Assembly (NCBI GenBank): GCA_963797715.1
Contig: CAWCQS010000017.1
Span: 90,693 to 154,692 of the forward strand
Origin: an uncultured Acidobacteriota bacterium
GTDB taxonomy: Bacteria > Acidobacteriota > Vicinamibacteria > Vicinamibacterales > 2-12-FULL-66-21
Length of the DNA stretch: 64,000 nucleotides
Direction: 5' to 3'
Shown: in pieces, positions 11,131 to 19,147 of the stretch
Layout of the letters: each line of letters starts with the position of its first letter
How positions within the stretch are numbered: the first letter of the stretch is position 1
Notes under the pieces: generated by a model
What the model was told of the DNA's origin: nothing
The model's database searches: none
What the model saw: the letters and a program-made list of their open reading frames with translations, nothing else
Made by a program: the position numbers and the translations under genes

Positions 11131-11167
11131 GGCTGTGGTACGATCCGCGCGTCACATTCAATCATCC

Positions 11168-12164
11168 ATGTCTGAGCGCGGAACTGTTCTCGTTACCGGC
11201 GCCGCCGGCCTCATCGGCAGCGCTGTGGTCTGGGCACTCAATCAGCGCGGGCACGAGCGGATCATCGCCGTCGACCGCCTCGATACCGGCGACAAGTGGC
11301 GCAACCTGGTTCCCCTGCGATTCGACGATTACCTCGAAGCCGACACGCTGCCACAGAAGATCGAGCTCGGGTTACTCAATGACGTGCAGGCAGTCGTGCA
11401 TCTCGGCGCCTGTTCGTCGACGACCGAGACCGACGGCCGGTATCTGATCGAGAACAACTTCAACTACACCAAGATGCTGGCCGAGTGGACGCTGCAGCGC
11501 GGCATCCGCTTCGCCTACGCATCGTCAGCGGCAACGTACGGGGGGCTCGAAGGGCGGCTGTCAGAGAGTGCAGACATTCGAAATCTGCGTCCCCTCAACA
11601 TGTACGGCTATTCGAAGCAGCTGTTCGACCTGCACGCCTCGACGCGCGGCTATCTGAACCGAATCGTCGGACTCAAGTACTTCAACGTGTTCGGGCCGAA
11701 CGAGGATCATAAGGGCGACATGCGGAGCGTCGTGAACAAGGCGTTCCGGCAGATCAGCGAGACCGGGCGCGTACGGCTGTTCAAGAGCTACCGCCCGGAG
11801 TTCGCGGATGGCGAACAGCGGCGGGACTTCCTCTATGTGAAAGATGCGGTCGACATGACGCTGCATCTTCTCGACACACCTTCGGCAAATGGTATCTACA
11901 ACATCGGCTCGGGCGCGTCGCACACCTGGCGCGAGTTGGTCGGGGGTGTATTCCAGGCGCTGAACCGGCCGGTCCACATCGAGTTCATCGAGATGCCGGT
12001 GGAGCTGCGGGCCAAGTATCAGTATTCGACTGAAGCATCGATCGATCGGCTCCGTGAGCACGGGATACAAGGCGCCGATTTCGCCGCTAACCGATGCCGT
12101 GCACGACTATGTGACGCGGTATCTGGTGCCGAATCGTCATTTGGGTGACGAGGCGGGCGTTTAG
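11168..12164 (+). pseudogene. hldD: ADP-L-glycero-D-manno-heptose 6-epimerase, frameshift 100 nt before the stop
   Basis: The start is ATG 11168 (MSERGTVLVTGAAGLIGSAVVWALNQRG, a Rossmann motif). Diagnostic blocks are GACSSTTETDGRYLIENNFNYTK, FAYASSAATYGG, LNMYGYSKQLFD, KYFNVFGPNEDHKGDMRSVV and RDFLYVKDAVD. Removing one G from the GGG run at 12062..12064 restores HGYKAPISPLTDAVHDYVTRYLVPNRHLGDEAGV and the stop TAG 12162..12164. Confidence 0.85.
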
Positions 12165-12200
12165 CGCATCGCTGGAAGCTTGGGTCTCCTCAGCGCGAAG

Positions 12201-13223
12201 CTAGAACGTCCAACCGAGCGTCGCCGAGATACCGAAGTCGCTTTCCTTCTGGCCCGCTGGCGGCCGGCTGTTGAAGCTTTCGAAGCCGTTCACGCTCCAA
12301 TACAGATCGCCGACGATATCACTCTTGAAGCTGGTGTTGAGCTCGAGCCTCACGCGCGAGCTGCCGTCGAGCGCGTAGTAGGTATAAGCGGTCGTCGTGA
12401 AGTTCGTCGAGCGGCCATCGAACGTGAACCACGCGTATGAGCCACCGATCACCGCTTCAGCCACGGTCTGATCGCCTTCGCCAGCGTAACTCTCGGTGTT
12501 GGACGCGGCACCGGCAGCAAGCCATGCCACATTGTGATTGGACTGCGCCATGCTCCTGGCGATGCCGCCGCCGACAAGGGAGCGCAGGTTTAGAGACAGC
12601 TCCTCGTTCTGTTGAAACTGCAGGAACATCAGCGCTGACCACCGCGGACCTAAATACCGCTGCGACTGCAGGGCCAGGTTGTTGCGTGTCTGACGATCGC
12701 CGTCCTCGCTCGCCGTCAAGAGCGAATCGCCCGTCACCTCGGAGAGCCAGAGCCGGCTGCGGTAGTCCACGCTGGTGTCGAAGGTCCACTGCGTCTGCTC
12801 GTTAGCTTCAGTGAAGCTGAATCCAGCGGCAATCGATCCGTCGAGCCGCCCCCAAAACGTCCGGCCGACACGCCCGAGACGAACGATATCGTCGAGCGCC
12901 AGCCGCTCCACCAGCTGCCCATCGATGACGTCGACTGTCCGTGGATCGGCAGGAACCAGGGTGCCGTAGGCGTGCTCGCCTGACCTGCGTTCGATGTCGA
13001 ACCTCGCCGCGCTCGTCAGCCGCTGGATGTCATCCCACTCGATCGCGATCGTGCCGATGCCATCGGTCTTGACCGTCAGCTTGCCGCGCTCGAGCTTCTT
13101 GATCTCGCACGTAATGCGATCGCCGTTCACGAGTTCGACGATGTCGGTCTTGGCGGCTGCGTGGACGCTCGATGCGAGCGAGAGCGAGGCGACGACGAGC
13201 ACCAGCATGCGGAGTGAACGCAT
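12201..13223 (-). CDS. DUF481 domain outer-membrane protein (YdiY-like)
   Basis: Intact 340-aa ORF with signal peptide MRSLRMLVLVVASLSLASSVHA. It has alternating beta-strand-like sequence and ends in an aromatic residue (ATLGWTF), as expected of a beta-barrel. Confidence 0.8.
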   Translation of the reverse strand: MRSLRMLVLVVASLSLASSVHAAAKTDIVELVNGDRITCEIKKLERGKLTVKTDGIGTIAIEWDDIQRLTSAARFDIERRSGEHAYGTLVPADPRTVDVIDGQLVERLALDDIVRLGRVGRTFWGRLDGSIAAGFSFTEANEQTQWTFDTSVDYRSRLWLSEVTGDSLLTASEDGDRQTRNNLALQSQRYLGPRWSALMFLQFQQNEELSLNLRSLVGGGIARSMAQSNHNVAWLAAGAASNTESYAGEGDQTVAEAVIGGSYAWFTFDGRSTNFTTTAYTYYALDGSSRVRLELNTSFKSDIVGDLYWSVNGFESFNSRPPAGQKESDFGISATLGWTF

Positions 13224-13256
13224 GCCACATCCTACGACGAGAGCACGCCGCAGACG

Positions 13257-13622
13257 TCACTCGACCGTCAGCCGCGCCTTCATCGTGGGATGGAATGTGC
13301 AAATGTAGTCAAACGAACCCTTTTTGGCGGGAAGAAACTTCCACGACTTCTCCGGGTCGATCCCACCAGAGTCGAAGGCACCGGCCGCCGTAGCCGTGTG
13401 TGGGAACGGGTCCTTGTTCACCCAGACGACCGTGTCGCCGACGGCGACGGTGAGGCGGTCAGGCTTGAAGCTGGTGGCCTCGATCGTGACGGTATGCGTC
13501 TTGGGCCCACCTCCGCTCGCCGCGCCGCCGACCCTGCCAAGCATCCCCGATGCGAGGAGGGTCAGCGCCGCAGCCGCGGCGATCCGCCAGGACGTTGCGC
13601 GTATTGCTGCCGCAATCGTCAT
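13257..13622 (-). CDS. cupredoxin-family copper-binding protein (plastocyanin/amicyanin-like)
   Basis: 121 aa with a signal peptide. The type-1 copper ligand pattern is present: PFPHT ... YICTFHPTM (H, C, H, M). Confidence 0.8.
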   Translation of the reverse strand: MTIAAAIRATSWRIAAAAALTLLASGMLGRVGGAASGGGPKTHTVTIEATSFKPDRLTVAVGDTVVWVNKDPFPHTATAAGAFDSGGIDPEKSWKFLPAKKGSFDYICTFHPTMKARLTVE

Positions 13623-13632
13623 GAGCGTCTCG

Positions 13633-14151
13633 TTACTTCCCGAGCGACGACTGAATGTGCTTCGCGTGTTCGAGGTGCGCGACGAACGCCGGCCGCACTT
13701 TGACGAGGAGTGCCTTCAGCTCGGCGTTGCTCGCACTCGGGATAAGCGTCTTGTCGACGGCGTCGATTACCGCCTGGTGATACGCGACCTCGTTGTCGAT
13801 GTATGCCTTGTCGAACGCCGCACCTTTGAGCGTCTTCAGATTGGCGAGATTCTTCTCGCCGCCCGCCTTGAGGCTCTGGCTCGTCGGATTGTCCTCGGGC
13901 GTAACCTTCAGCTTGGTCACCAGATCCACTGCCGACTTGTTGACACCGGTATGGTCCGTGATCATCTGATCCGCGAACTTCTTGACCTCCGCATTACTGG
14001 CCATCGACGTGGCCAACTTCCCGGCATCGATATCTACCTGGTTGGCGGTGACGACGATGGACGCGATCTGCGCGTCGGTGACGCCCTGCGCAGACGCACC
14101 AGCAACCGGCACCAGCAACGCACCTGCTACGACAATGGCCGAAAGTTTCAT
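13633..14151 (-). CDS. DUF4142 domain-containing exported protein
   Basis: 172 aa with signal peptide MKLSAIVVAGALLVPVAGASAQ. It has two ferritin-like repeats (KKFADQMITDHTGVN ... AFDKAYIDNEVAYHQAVIDAV) typical of DUF4142. A 10-nt gap separates it from the cupredoxin gene. Confidence 0.8.
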   Translation of the reverse strand: MKLSAIVVAGALLVPVAGASAQGVTDAQIASIVVTANQVDIDAGKLATSMASNAEVKKFADQMITDHTGVNKSAVDLVTKLKVTPEDNPTSQSLKAGGEKNLANLKTLKGAAFDKAYIDNEVAYHQAVIDAVDKTLIPSASNAELKALLVKVRPAFVAHLEHAKHIQSSLGK

Positions 14152-14221
14152 GATTCACCACTCCTCGAAAAGTTCATCAACCCTGCACACGGCTCTACGC
14201 CTGGCAGGGGCAAACGGATTG

Positions 14222-14256
14222 GCTATTGGATGCAGGGGGAGACGGGGGCGTTCCCG
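14222..14256 (-). promoter_or_regulatory. candidate ECF-sigma-type promoter for the DUF4142-cupredoxin-DUF481 operon
   Basis: The minus strand reads CGGGAACGCC-N12-TGCATCCAATAGC (GGAAC, 17-nt spacer, CATCCA), about 75 nt upstream of ATG 14151. The same 10 + 13 nt with identical spacing recur at 15132..15166 upstream of the ECF sigma gene. Confidence 0.4.
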
Positions 14257-14257
14257 G

Positions 14258-14338
14258 AAATGCTGAGCTGAATGCTGACGTGAATGCTGAAGTTCAGCAT
14301 TACTTCAGCATTCAGCACTCAGCATTCAGCATTGCGAG
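14258..14338. repeat. palindromic GAATGCTGA-type element, copy 2
   Basis: The sequence is AAATGCTGAGCTGAATGCTGACGTGAATGCTGAAGTTCAGCATTACTTCAGCATTCAGCACTCAGCATTCAGCATTGCGAG. The reverse complement of its right end (CTCGCAATGCTGAATGCTGAGTGCTGAATGCTGAAG) matches the left end of copy 1 with one mismatch. Confidence 0.85.
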
Positions 14339-15002
14339 CACCGCCCCCACGATGCGGTCGCACCGGGCGCCGGCGAAGCCGAACACTTCGACCGTCGCGG
14401 CGTCGAGATCGCGGGCGAGCGACTCACGCAAGAGCGCACGCGCGCGGAAGAGCCGGGTGCGGACGGTGGCCGGCGGGATGGACAGACAGGTGGCTGTCTC
14501 CTCGACCGTCATGTCCTCGACTTCCCGCATCACGAACACCGTTCTGAACGCCACCGGCAATTCGTCGATGCGCCGCTCGAGCATGCGCCGTGACTTCCGC
14601 GCGCAGGGTCGCATCCGTGGGCGACTCCGCCTTGTGATCGATGACCTCGGACAGGTGCGGCCCGCGGTCGTCCTCGCTGCGAAACGGCACCACGACCCGC
14701 TCGCGCTTCTGACGTCGCAGCCGCATCAGCGCCTGGTTGATGACGATGCGCGTGAGCCAGGTCGAGAGCTGCGCCTCGCCGCGAAACTCGCCGATCTGCT
14801 TGTAGGCCACGAGGTACGCGTCCTGCAGCACGTCCTCCGCCTCCGCATCGTCCCTGACAATCGCGCGGGCGACGCGGAACAACTTGCCGTTGTGGCGTCG
14901 CATGAGCGTCTCGAACGCGGCCTGATCGCGGCGCGCGATGCGGTCCGCCAGTTCCACGTCACCGGACGCGGCGGCCGCCGACGAGCTCGGAATACTCTTC
15001 AT
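14312..15002 (-). pseudogene. ECF-type RNA polymerase sigma-70 family factor, one frameshift
   Basis: Region 2 lies in the frame of ORF 14424..16052 from ATG 15002 (MKSIPSSS...FETLMRRHNGKLFRVARAIVRDDAEAEDVLQDAYLVAYKQIGEFRGEAQLSTWLTRIVINQALMRLRR). Region 4 is in ORF 14312..14614 (ELPVAFRTVFVMREVEDMTVEETATCLSIPPATVRTRLFRARALL). The join ...TLRAEV|RRMLERRIDELP is restored by deleting one base near 14591. The stop codon lies inside repeat copy 2. Confidence 0.8.
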
Positions 15003-15019
15003 ATACAAAACCCTACGGC

Positions 15020-15134
15020 CACGGATAACACGGGCACAACCACGGATTGCACGGATTTCACGGATTACACAAGCAATCCGGATTGTCGCACTAGCCTCAG
15101 CCTTGGCTTCCGTGCAATCCGTGTGATCCGTGCT
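15020..15134. repeat. cluster of CACGGAT / ATCCGTG words (same word family as arrays 1 and 2) in the leader of the ECF sigma gene
   Basis: CACGGAT occurs at 15020, 15041, 15050 and 15059, with 9-nt spacing between the last three. The palindrome AATCCGGATT is at 15075..15084. ATCCGTG then occurs at 15117 and 15126 on the other strand. The reverse complement of 15111..15133 (GCACGGATCACACGGATTGCACG) shares the 14-mer CGGATCACACGGAT with the 33-bp unit of array 1. Confidence 0.7.
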
Positions 15135-15166
15135 ATTGGATGCACGGAACGCGTCCGGCGTTCCCG
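15132..15166 (-). promoter_or_regulatory. candidate autoregulated ECF-sigma-type promoter upstream of the sigma gene
   Basis: The minus strand reads CGGGAACGCC-N12-TGCATCCAATAGC, identical in both conserved blocks and in spacing to 14222..14256. It begins right after the transporter stop codon (15167..15169) and lies about 135 nt upstream of ATG 15002. Its spacer also forms the hairpin GGAACGC-GTCCG-GCGTTCC (15146..15164), which could alternatively act as the transporter terminator. Confidence 0.4.
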
Positions 15167-16471
15167 CTACCAGCGGATGGCGCCGATTCCCAGCGCGACC
15201 GCAGCCATCACAACCGTAATCGCGAAGGCGTACGGAATCGTCTGGCGCTGGTGGTCGGCCAGGTCCACATTGGCAAGGCCGACGAGGAGGAACGTCGCCG
15301 GCGTGAGGGGACTCACCGGAAAGCCGGTCGTCATCTGGCCGAGCAGCGCGGCACGGCCGACGTCGATCGGCGCTCCGCCGGCGCCGGCCGCGGCATGGGC
15401 CAGGACCGGCAGCACTCCGAAGTAGAACGAGTCCGGATCGAACGCCAGGCTGAGCGGCATCGACGTCACGGCGAGAATCACGGGCAGGTGCTGAAGGCCA
15501 CTCGCGGGCAGCACGTTGACCATGCTTTCCGCCATCGCTGTCAGCATTCCAGACTTGGTCATGATGCCCGTAAACACGCCGGCGGCGGTCACGGTGGTGA
15601 CCATGGCCATCGCGGAACTGCCGTGCGCAGTCAGGCGGTCCCGTTGGACGTGCGCATCGGGAAAGTTCACGACGAGCGCGATCGCGCAGGCGATCAGGAA
15701 GATCACCGGCAGCGGCAGCACTTCGACGATGAGCGCGACGAGAGTCGCCAGCGTCAGGGCCGCGTTGAAAATCCAGAGGCCGCGCGTCACCGGGCGTCCT
15801 TCGATGCCGGTGTGATCCGCGGCCAGGATGTCGGCGGCAGCTGCGCGGCCACCGCTCTTCGCCACGCGCCGGCGCTCGCTCAGGCCGATGATCCATGCGG
15901 CGGCGAACACCGCCACCATCCCGGCGATCGTCGGCACGATGAGAGGCGTGAAGAGGTCTGACACACTGACCTGCAGCGCCGCGGCAGCACGGCTGGTCGG
16001 ACCGCCCCACGGCAGAATGTTCATCGTCCCGGCCGCAAGCGCCGTCGTGCACGTCAGAACGAGCGGGCTCATGCCCAGGCGGGCGTAGATCGGCAGCATC
16101 GCCGGAACGGTGACCATGAACGTGCTCGCGCCGGCGCCATCGAGGTGAGCGATCGACGCGACGGCAGCCGTTCCGAGTACGACCTTCAACGGATCGCTCC
16201 CGACCAGCCGCACGATCCTGCGGATGAACGGTTCGAAGAGCCCGGCGTCGTTCATCACGCCGAAGTAGACGACGGCAAAAGCGAGGAGGGCCGCGGTCGG
16301 CGCGACGCTGCGGATGCCGTCCATCGCGAACGCGCCGATCTGTCCGGCAAAGCCACCGGCGAGACCGGCGGCGACCGGGACGAGCGTCAGCGCGACGACG
16401 ACAGAAGTGACGCGAAACAGGATCAGCGACAGGAGAACGAGAATGGCCGCGACGCCGAGCAGCGTCAGCAT
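15167..16471 (-). CDS. CitMHS-family (citrate/divalent-cation or related organic anion) transporter
   Basis: 434-aa polytopic membrane protein: [19 protein letters not shown]..., [34 protein letters not shown], and [17 protein letters not shown]. Its ATG shares its A (16471) with the TGA of the upstream CoA-transferase gene (TGATG). In the ORF track it is fused into the 828-aa ORF 15167..17653. Confidence 0.75.
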   Translation of the reverse strand: MLTLLGVAAILVLLSLILFRVTSVVVALTLVPVAAGLAGGFAGQIGAFAMDGIRSVAPTAALLAFAVVYFGVMNDAGLFEPFIRRIVRLVGSDPLKVVLGTAAVASIAHLDGAGASTFMVTVPAMLPIYARLGMSPLVLTCTTALAAGTMNILPWGGPTSRAAAALQVSVSDLFTPLIVPTIAGMVAVFAAAWIIGLSERRRVAKSGGRAAAADILAADHTGIEGRPVTRGLWIFNAALTLATLVALIVEVLPLPVIFLIACAIALVVNFPDAHVQRDRLTAHGSSAMAMVTTVTAAGVFTGIMTKSGMLTAMAESMVNVLPASGLQHLPVILAVTSMPLSLAFDPDSFYFGVLPVLAHAAAGAGGAPIDVGRAALLGQMTTGFPVSPLTPATFLLVGLANVDLADHQRQTIPYAFAITVVMAAVALGIGAIRW

Positions 16472-17653
16472 CACCGCGGTCGCCGTGGCGCGTGCCGAAT
16501 AGGGTCGGTATGTTCGCCGAGCGCCGGTGGAGGCGAGACGGGCAGATCGGGCGCCTGCGACAGCTTCACGGGATTGCCGGGCACCTTGATCGTGGCGCTG
16601 CCAGCCGGCACGTCGAGCAGCATGTTGCGCGCGGCGAGCTGCGGATCCTCGAGCACCTGCTCGATGGTGCGCACGCGGCCGCACGGAACACCGGCCGCAG
16701 TGAGTACCCTCGATCAGGTCGTCCACGTGACGATCGCGAAAGAGATCCGTGATGCGCGCGTTGAGGTCGTCGCGATGCGCGAGGCGATCGCTGTTTGTCG
16801 CGAACCGCGGATCGTGCTCGAGATCGGCTGCGCCTACCGCCTGACAGAACCGTGTCCACAAGCGCGGGTTGGCAACAGCAACGATGACGAGGCCGTCTGC
16901 AGCGGCATATGGTTCGTACGGCGCGAGCGATGGATGGGCGTTGCCGAGCCGTCCGGGACTGTTGCCAGTGGCAGCAACGATGCCGGTCGGCAGCCCGAGC
17001 ACGGACACGGCCGCATCGAGCAGGGCAATATCCACGAACTGCCCTTCTCCCGTGCGGCCGCGGGTGATGAGCGCGAGAAGAATGCCCTGGACCGCGTACT
17101 GCGCCGCGAGGCAGTCGGTAATCGCCACTCCCACTTTCGTCGGCCCGTTGTCTGGGAAACCAGTCACGTCCATCAACCCGGACTCGCCCTGAATCACCAT
17201 GTCGTATCCAGGCAGATTGCGGCGCGGGCCGGTTGCGCCGTAACCGGAAATCGAGCAGTAGATCAACCGCGGGTTGAGCTCGCGCGTGCGCGTGGGGCCG
17301 AAGCCGAGTCGTTCGAGCGTGCCGGGACGAAAGTTTTCGACCAGCACGTCCGCGGAGCAAATGAGATCATCGAGCAGCGCCTTGCCGTCGGCTGACTTGA
17401 GGTCGAGCGCAACGCTCTTCTTGTTCCGGTTCACGGCAAGAAAATAGGTGCTCCAGCCGTCGACGAAGGGCGCCCATTCGCGCGTGTCATCACCGTGACG
17501 CGGATCCTCGATCTTGATGACGTCGGCGCCCATGTCGCCGAGCAGCATCGTGCATAGTGGACCGGCGAGCACCCGCGTGAAGTCGATAACGCGGATGCCG
17601 CTGAGCGGCAGATCGCCTGTTGTTGGCCCCGTGGGCGGCGTAGTCGTTGTCAT
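16471..17653 (-). pseudogene. CaiB/BaiF family (class III) CoA-transferase, one frameshift
   Basis: The N-terminal 310 aa are in ORF 15167..17653 ([81 protein letters not shown]). The C-terminus is in ORF 16471..16674 ([22 protein letters not shown]...GNPVKLS). Deleting one base from the CCC run at 16707..16709 gives [23 protein letters not shown]. Confidence 0.85.
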
Positions 17654-17674
17654 ATCCTGGCGTCGCGCTCGACT

Positions 17675-19091
17675 CTACAGCAATCGGAACGCTGCCATCA
17701 CGACGAGCGTCGGCGGCAGCGCCCCGAGCAGCAAACCAGCGGGAGGATGGCGCCGTCGAAGAAGCGAGTGAGGAGCGCCTGCCCAGCCGGGTTCGGTGCG
17801 TTGGCAATCACCGTCAGGCCTCCTCCCGTGACCGCCCCCTCGACCATCGCGAGCTTGAGCTGTTGGTCGAGGTTGGGCACGAGCGTCGCGAGGTAGGTGA
17901 TGAGCGCGTTGTCGTTGAACGCGGTCAGCAGCGTCGGAGCGAGAGAAGAGCGGCGTCTTCGACAGACTGCATGAGCACCGGCGCGATCCACCAGCCCTGC
18001 AGACCGCCATGGATCACGAGGCCGGCAAGGAAGAAACCCGACGAGCAGCGGCGTCTTGAGCTCGATCCGGCTTTGGTACTCGGCGGTGGCCCGCGCGAAT
18101 CCGAGGAAGAAGAGGAACCCGCCGAGGAACAGCGCCGGATAGTGCGCAGTTGAAGACGGTCCACACCATGAACGCGATATGCGTCGCCGTGAGCCACGAC
18201 GGAACGGGCAGCAGCTGCCGCGCGGCCGCCTCGTCTTCGGGCTGCTCCATGTCGGCACCGGCGGGCGAGGTCGCAAGCTCGCTGAGCTCCCGCCGGAAGA
18301 GCGAGGAAGTAGACCGGGTCGAAACGACGATCGCGAGCGCGGCGCGCCAGCCGAAGTGGTCAGCATGAATGGAATGTCCCATCCCCAGGGGCGCGCCACC
18401 ATGAGCACCGGCGGTGCCGCGAAGGAGGTGAGCGTGCCGCCGATCGAGACGTTCACGAAGAGAAGGCCGAGCGTCGCATACTTAGCCGCGCGCTCGGCTG
18501 CAGGTCGTAGAACTGGCGGGCGAGGAGCAGCGCGCAGATCGTCATTGCCGCCGGCTCGGTGATGAACGAACCGAGCAAGGGCCCGACGATCAGGATCGTG
18601 ACCCACCACGCCGCCGGCGTCGCCCCGCCGAGGCTCGCGACCGTCGCGCAGCGAGCGTTCGGCGAAGCCGACGATGGGGCGGGTGGAAGCGAGCGCCATG
18701 ATGACGACCACGAAGAGAGGCTCGGTGTAGTTGACTCTGTCGTTGATGTAGTGCTTGGCGGTCTCCCAACCGGCGTATCCGCATCATCGCGACGACGAGC
18801 ACCACGGCCCACAGGCCGAAGACCACCTCGATCTCGCCCGAAGAAGTGCAGCAGCTCCGCCGCAAGGCTCGGCGCCGGCGGCGTGCCCGGCAGCCCGCGC
18901 ACGCTCATCGTGGCGATGCTGCACCTGGTGCGCAAGAGTGGTGAACCGCGCCGCGGCGAACGTATGGAGGATCGCGAGCAGAAGATCGCGGTAGCGATGG
19001 CATTGAAGGGCTCGATGCGAACCCGCTCGACGAGAACGTCGAGAATCGCGCGACCCGCTGGATCTGGATAAAACGACAGCTCTCGCATCAC
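17675..19091 (-). pseudogene. polytopic membrane protein of the putative Na+/H+ antiporter (Na_H_antiport_2-like) type, about ten frameshifts
   Basis: A coherent protein can only be read by hopping between all three minus-strand frames. The segments are IEPFNAIATAIF | LLAILHTFAAARFTTLAHQVQHRHDE | GLPGTPPAPSLAAELLHFFG | EIEVVFGLWAVVLVVAM | GWETAKHYINDRVNYTEPLFVVVIMALASTRPIVGFAERSLR | VASLGGATPAAWWVTILIVGPLLGSFITEPAAMTICALLLARQFYDLQPSARL | KYATLGLLFVNVSIGGTLTSFAAPPVLMVARPWGWDIPFMLT | HFGWRAALAIVV... | HYPALFLGGFLFFLGFARATAEYQSRIELKTPLLVG | FFLAGLVIHGGLQGWWIAPVLM... | PTLLTAFNDNALITYLATLVPNLDQQLKLAMVEGAVTGGGLTVIANAPNPAGQALL... | LLLGALPPTLVVMAAFRLL. The family name is from memory of the TAFNDNA/ANAPNPAG motifs. 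Confidence 0.55.
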
Positions 19092-19147
19092 TCCACCTTA
19101 TCTAACGCCAGCCCATCCGACAAACGACGTCGATTCGCAAGGTATCC

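Noticed and set aside
9560-11165. Repetitive-peptide ORFs across the arrays (e.g. 9560..9901 PRPVPTRDPCD repeats, 9628..9960, 9663..10547 GTGRGSHGSRV repeats, 10780..11067, 10842..11165).
   Set aside because: All six frames are open simply because the units lack stop codons. The 31-bp array is not a multiple of three, so its peptides change register every unit. No start or RBS context is present, and several of these ORFs overlap the real GxxExxY gene or run antisense to it.
15146-15164. Hairpin GGAACGC-GTCCG-GCGTTCC as the intrinsic terminator of the CitMHS gene.
   Set aside because: This is not fully rejected, but the same bases form the -35 box and spacer of the motif shared with 14222..14256, where the spacer is not palindromic. 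There is also no U-tract. I report it under the promoter feature rather than as a terminator.
15167-17653. 828-aa CoA-transferase::CitMHS fusion protein.
   Set aside because: The middle 80 aa ([20 protein letters not shown]...) are arginine-rich out-of-frame sequence. The true transferase C-terminus is readable in another frame (ORF 16471..16674) and ends with a TGATG overlap onto the transporter start. The apparent fusion is an artefact of one indel.
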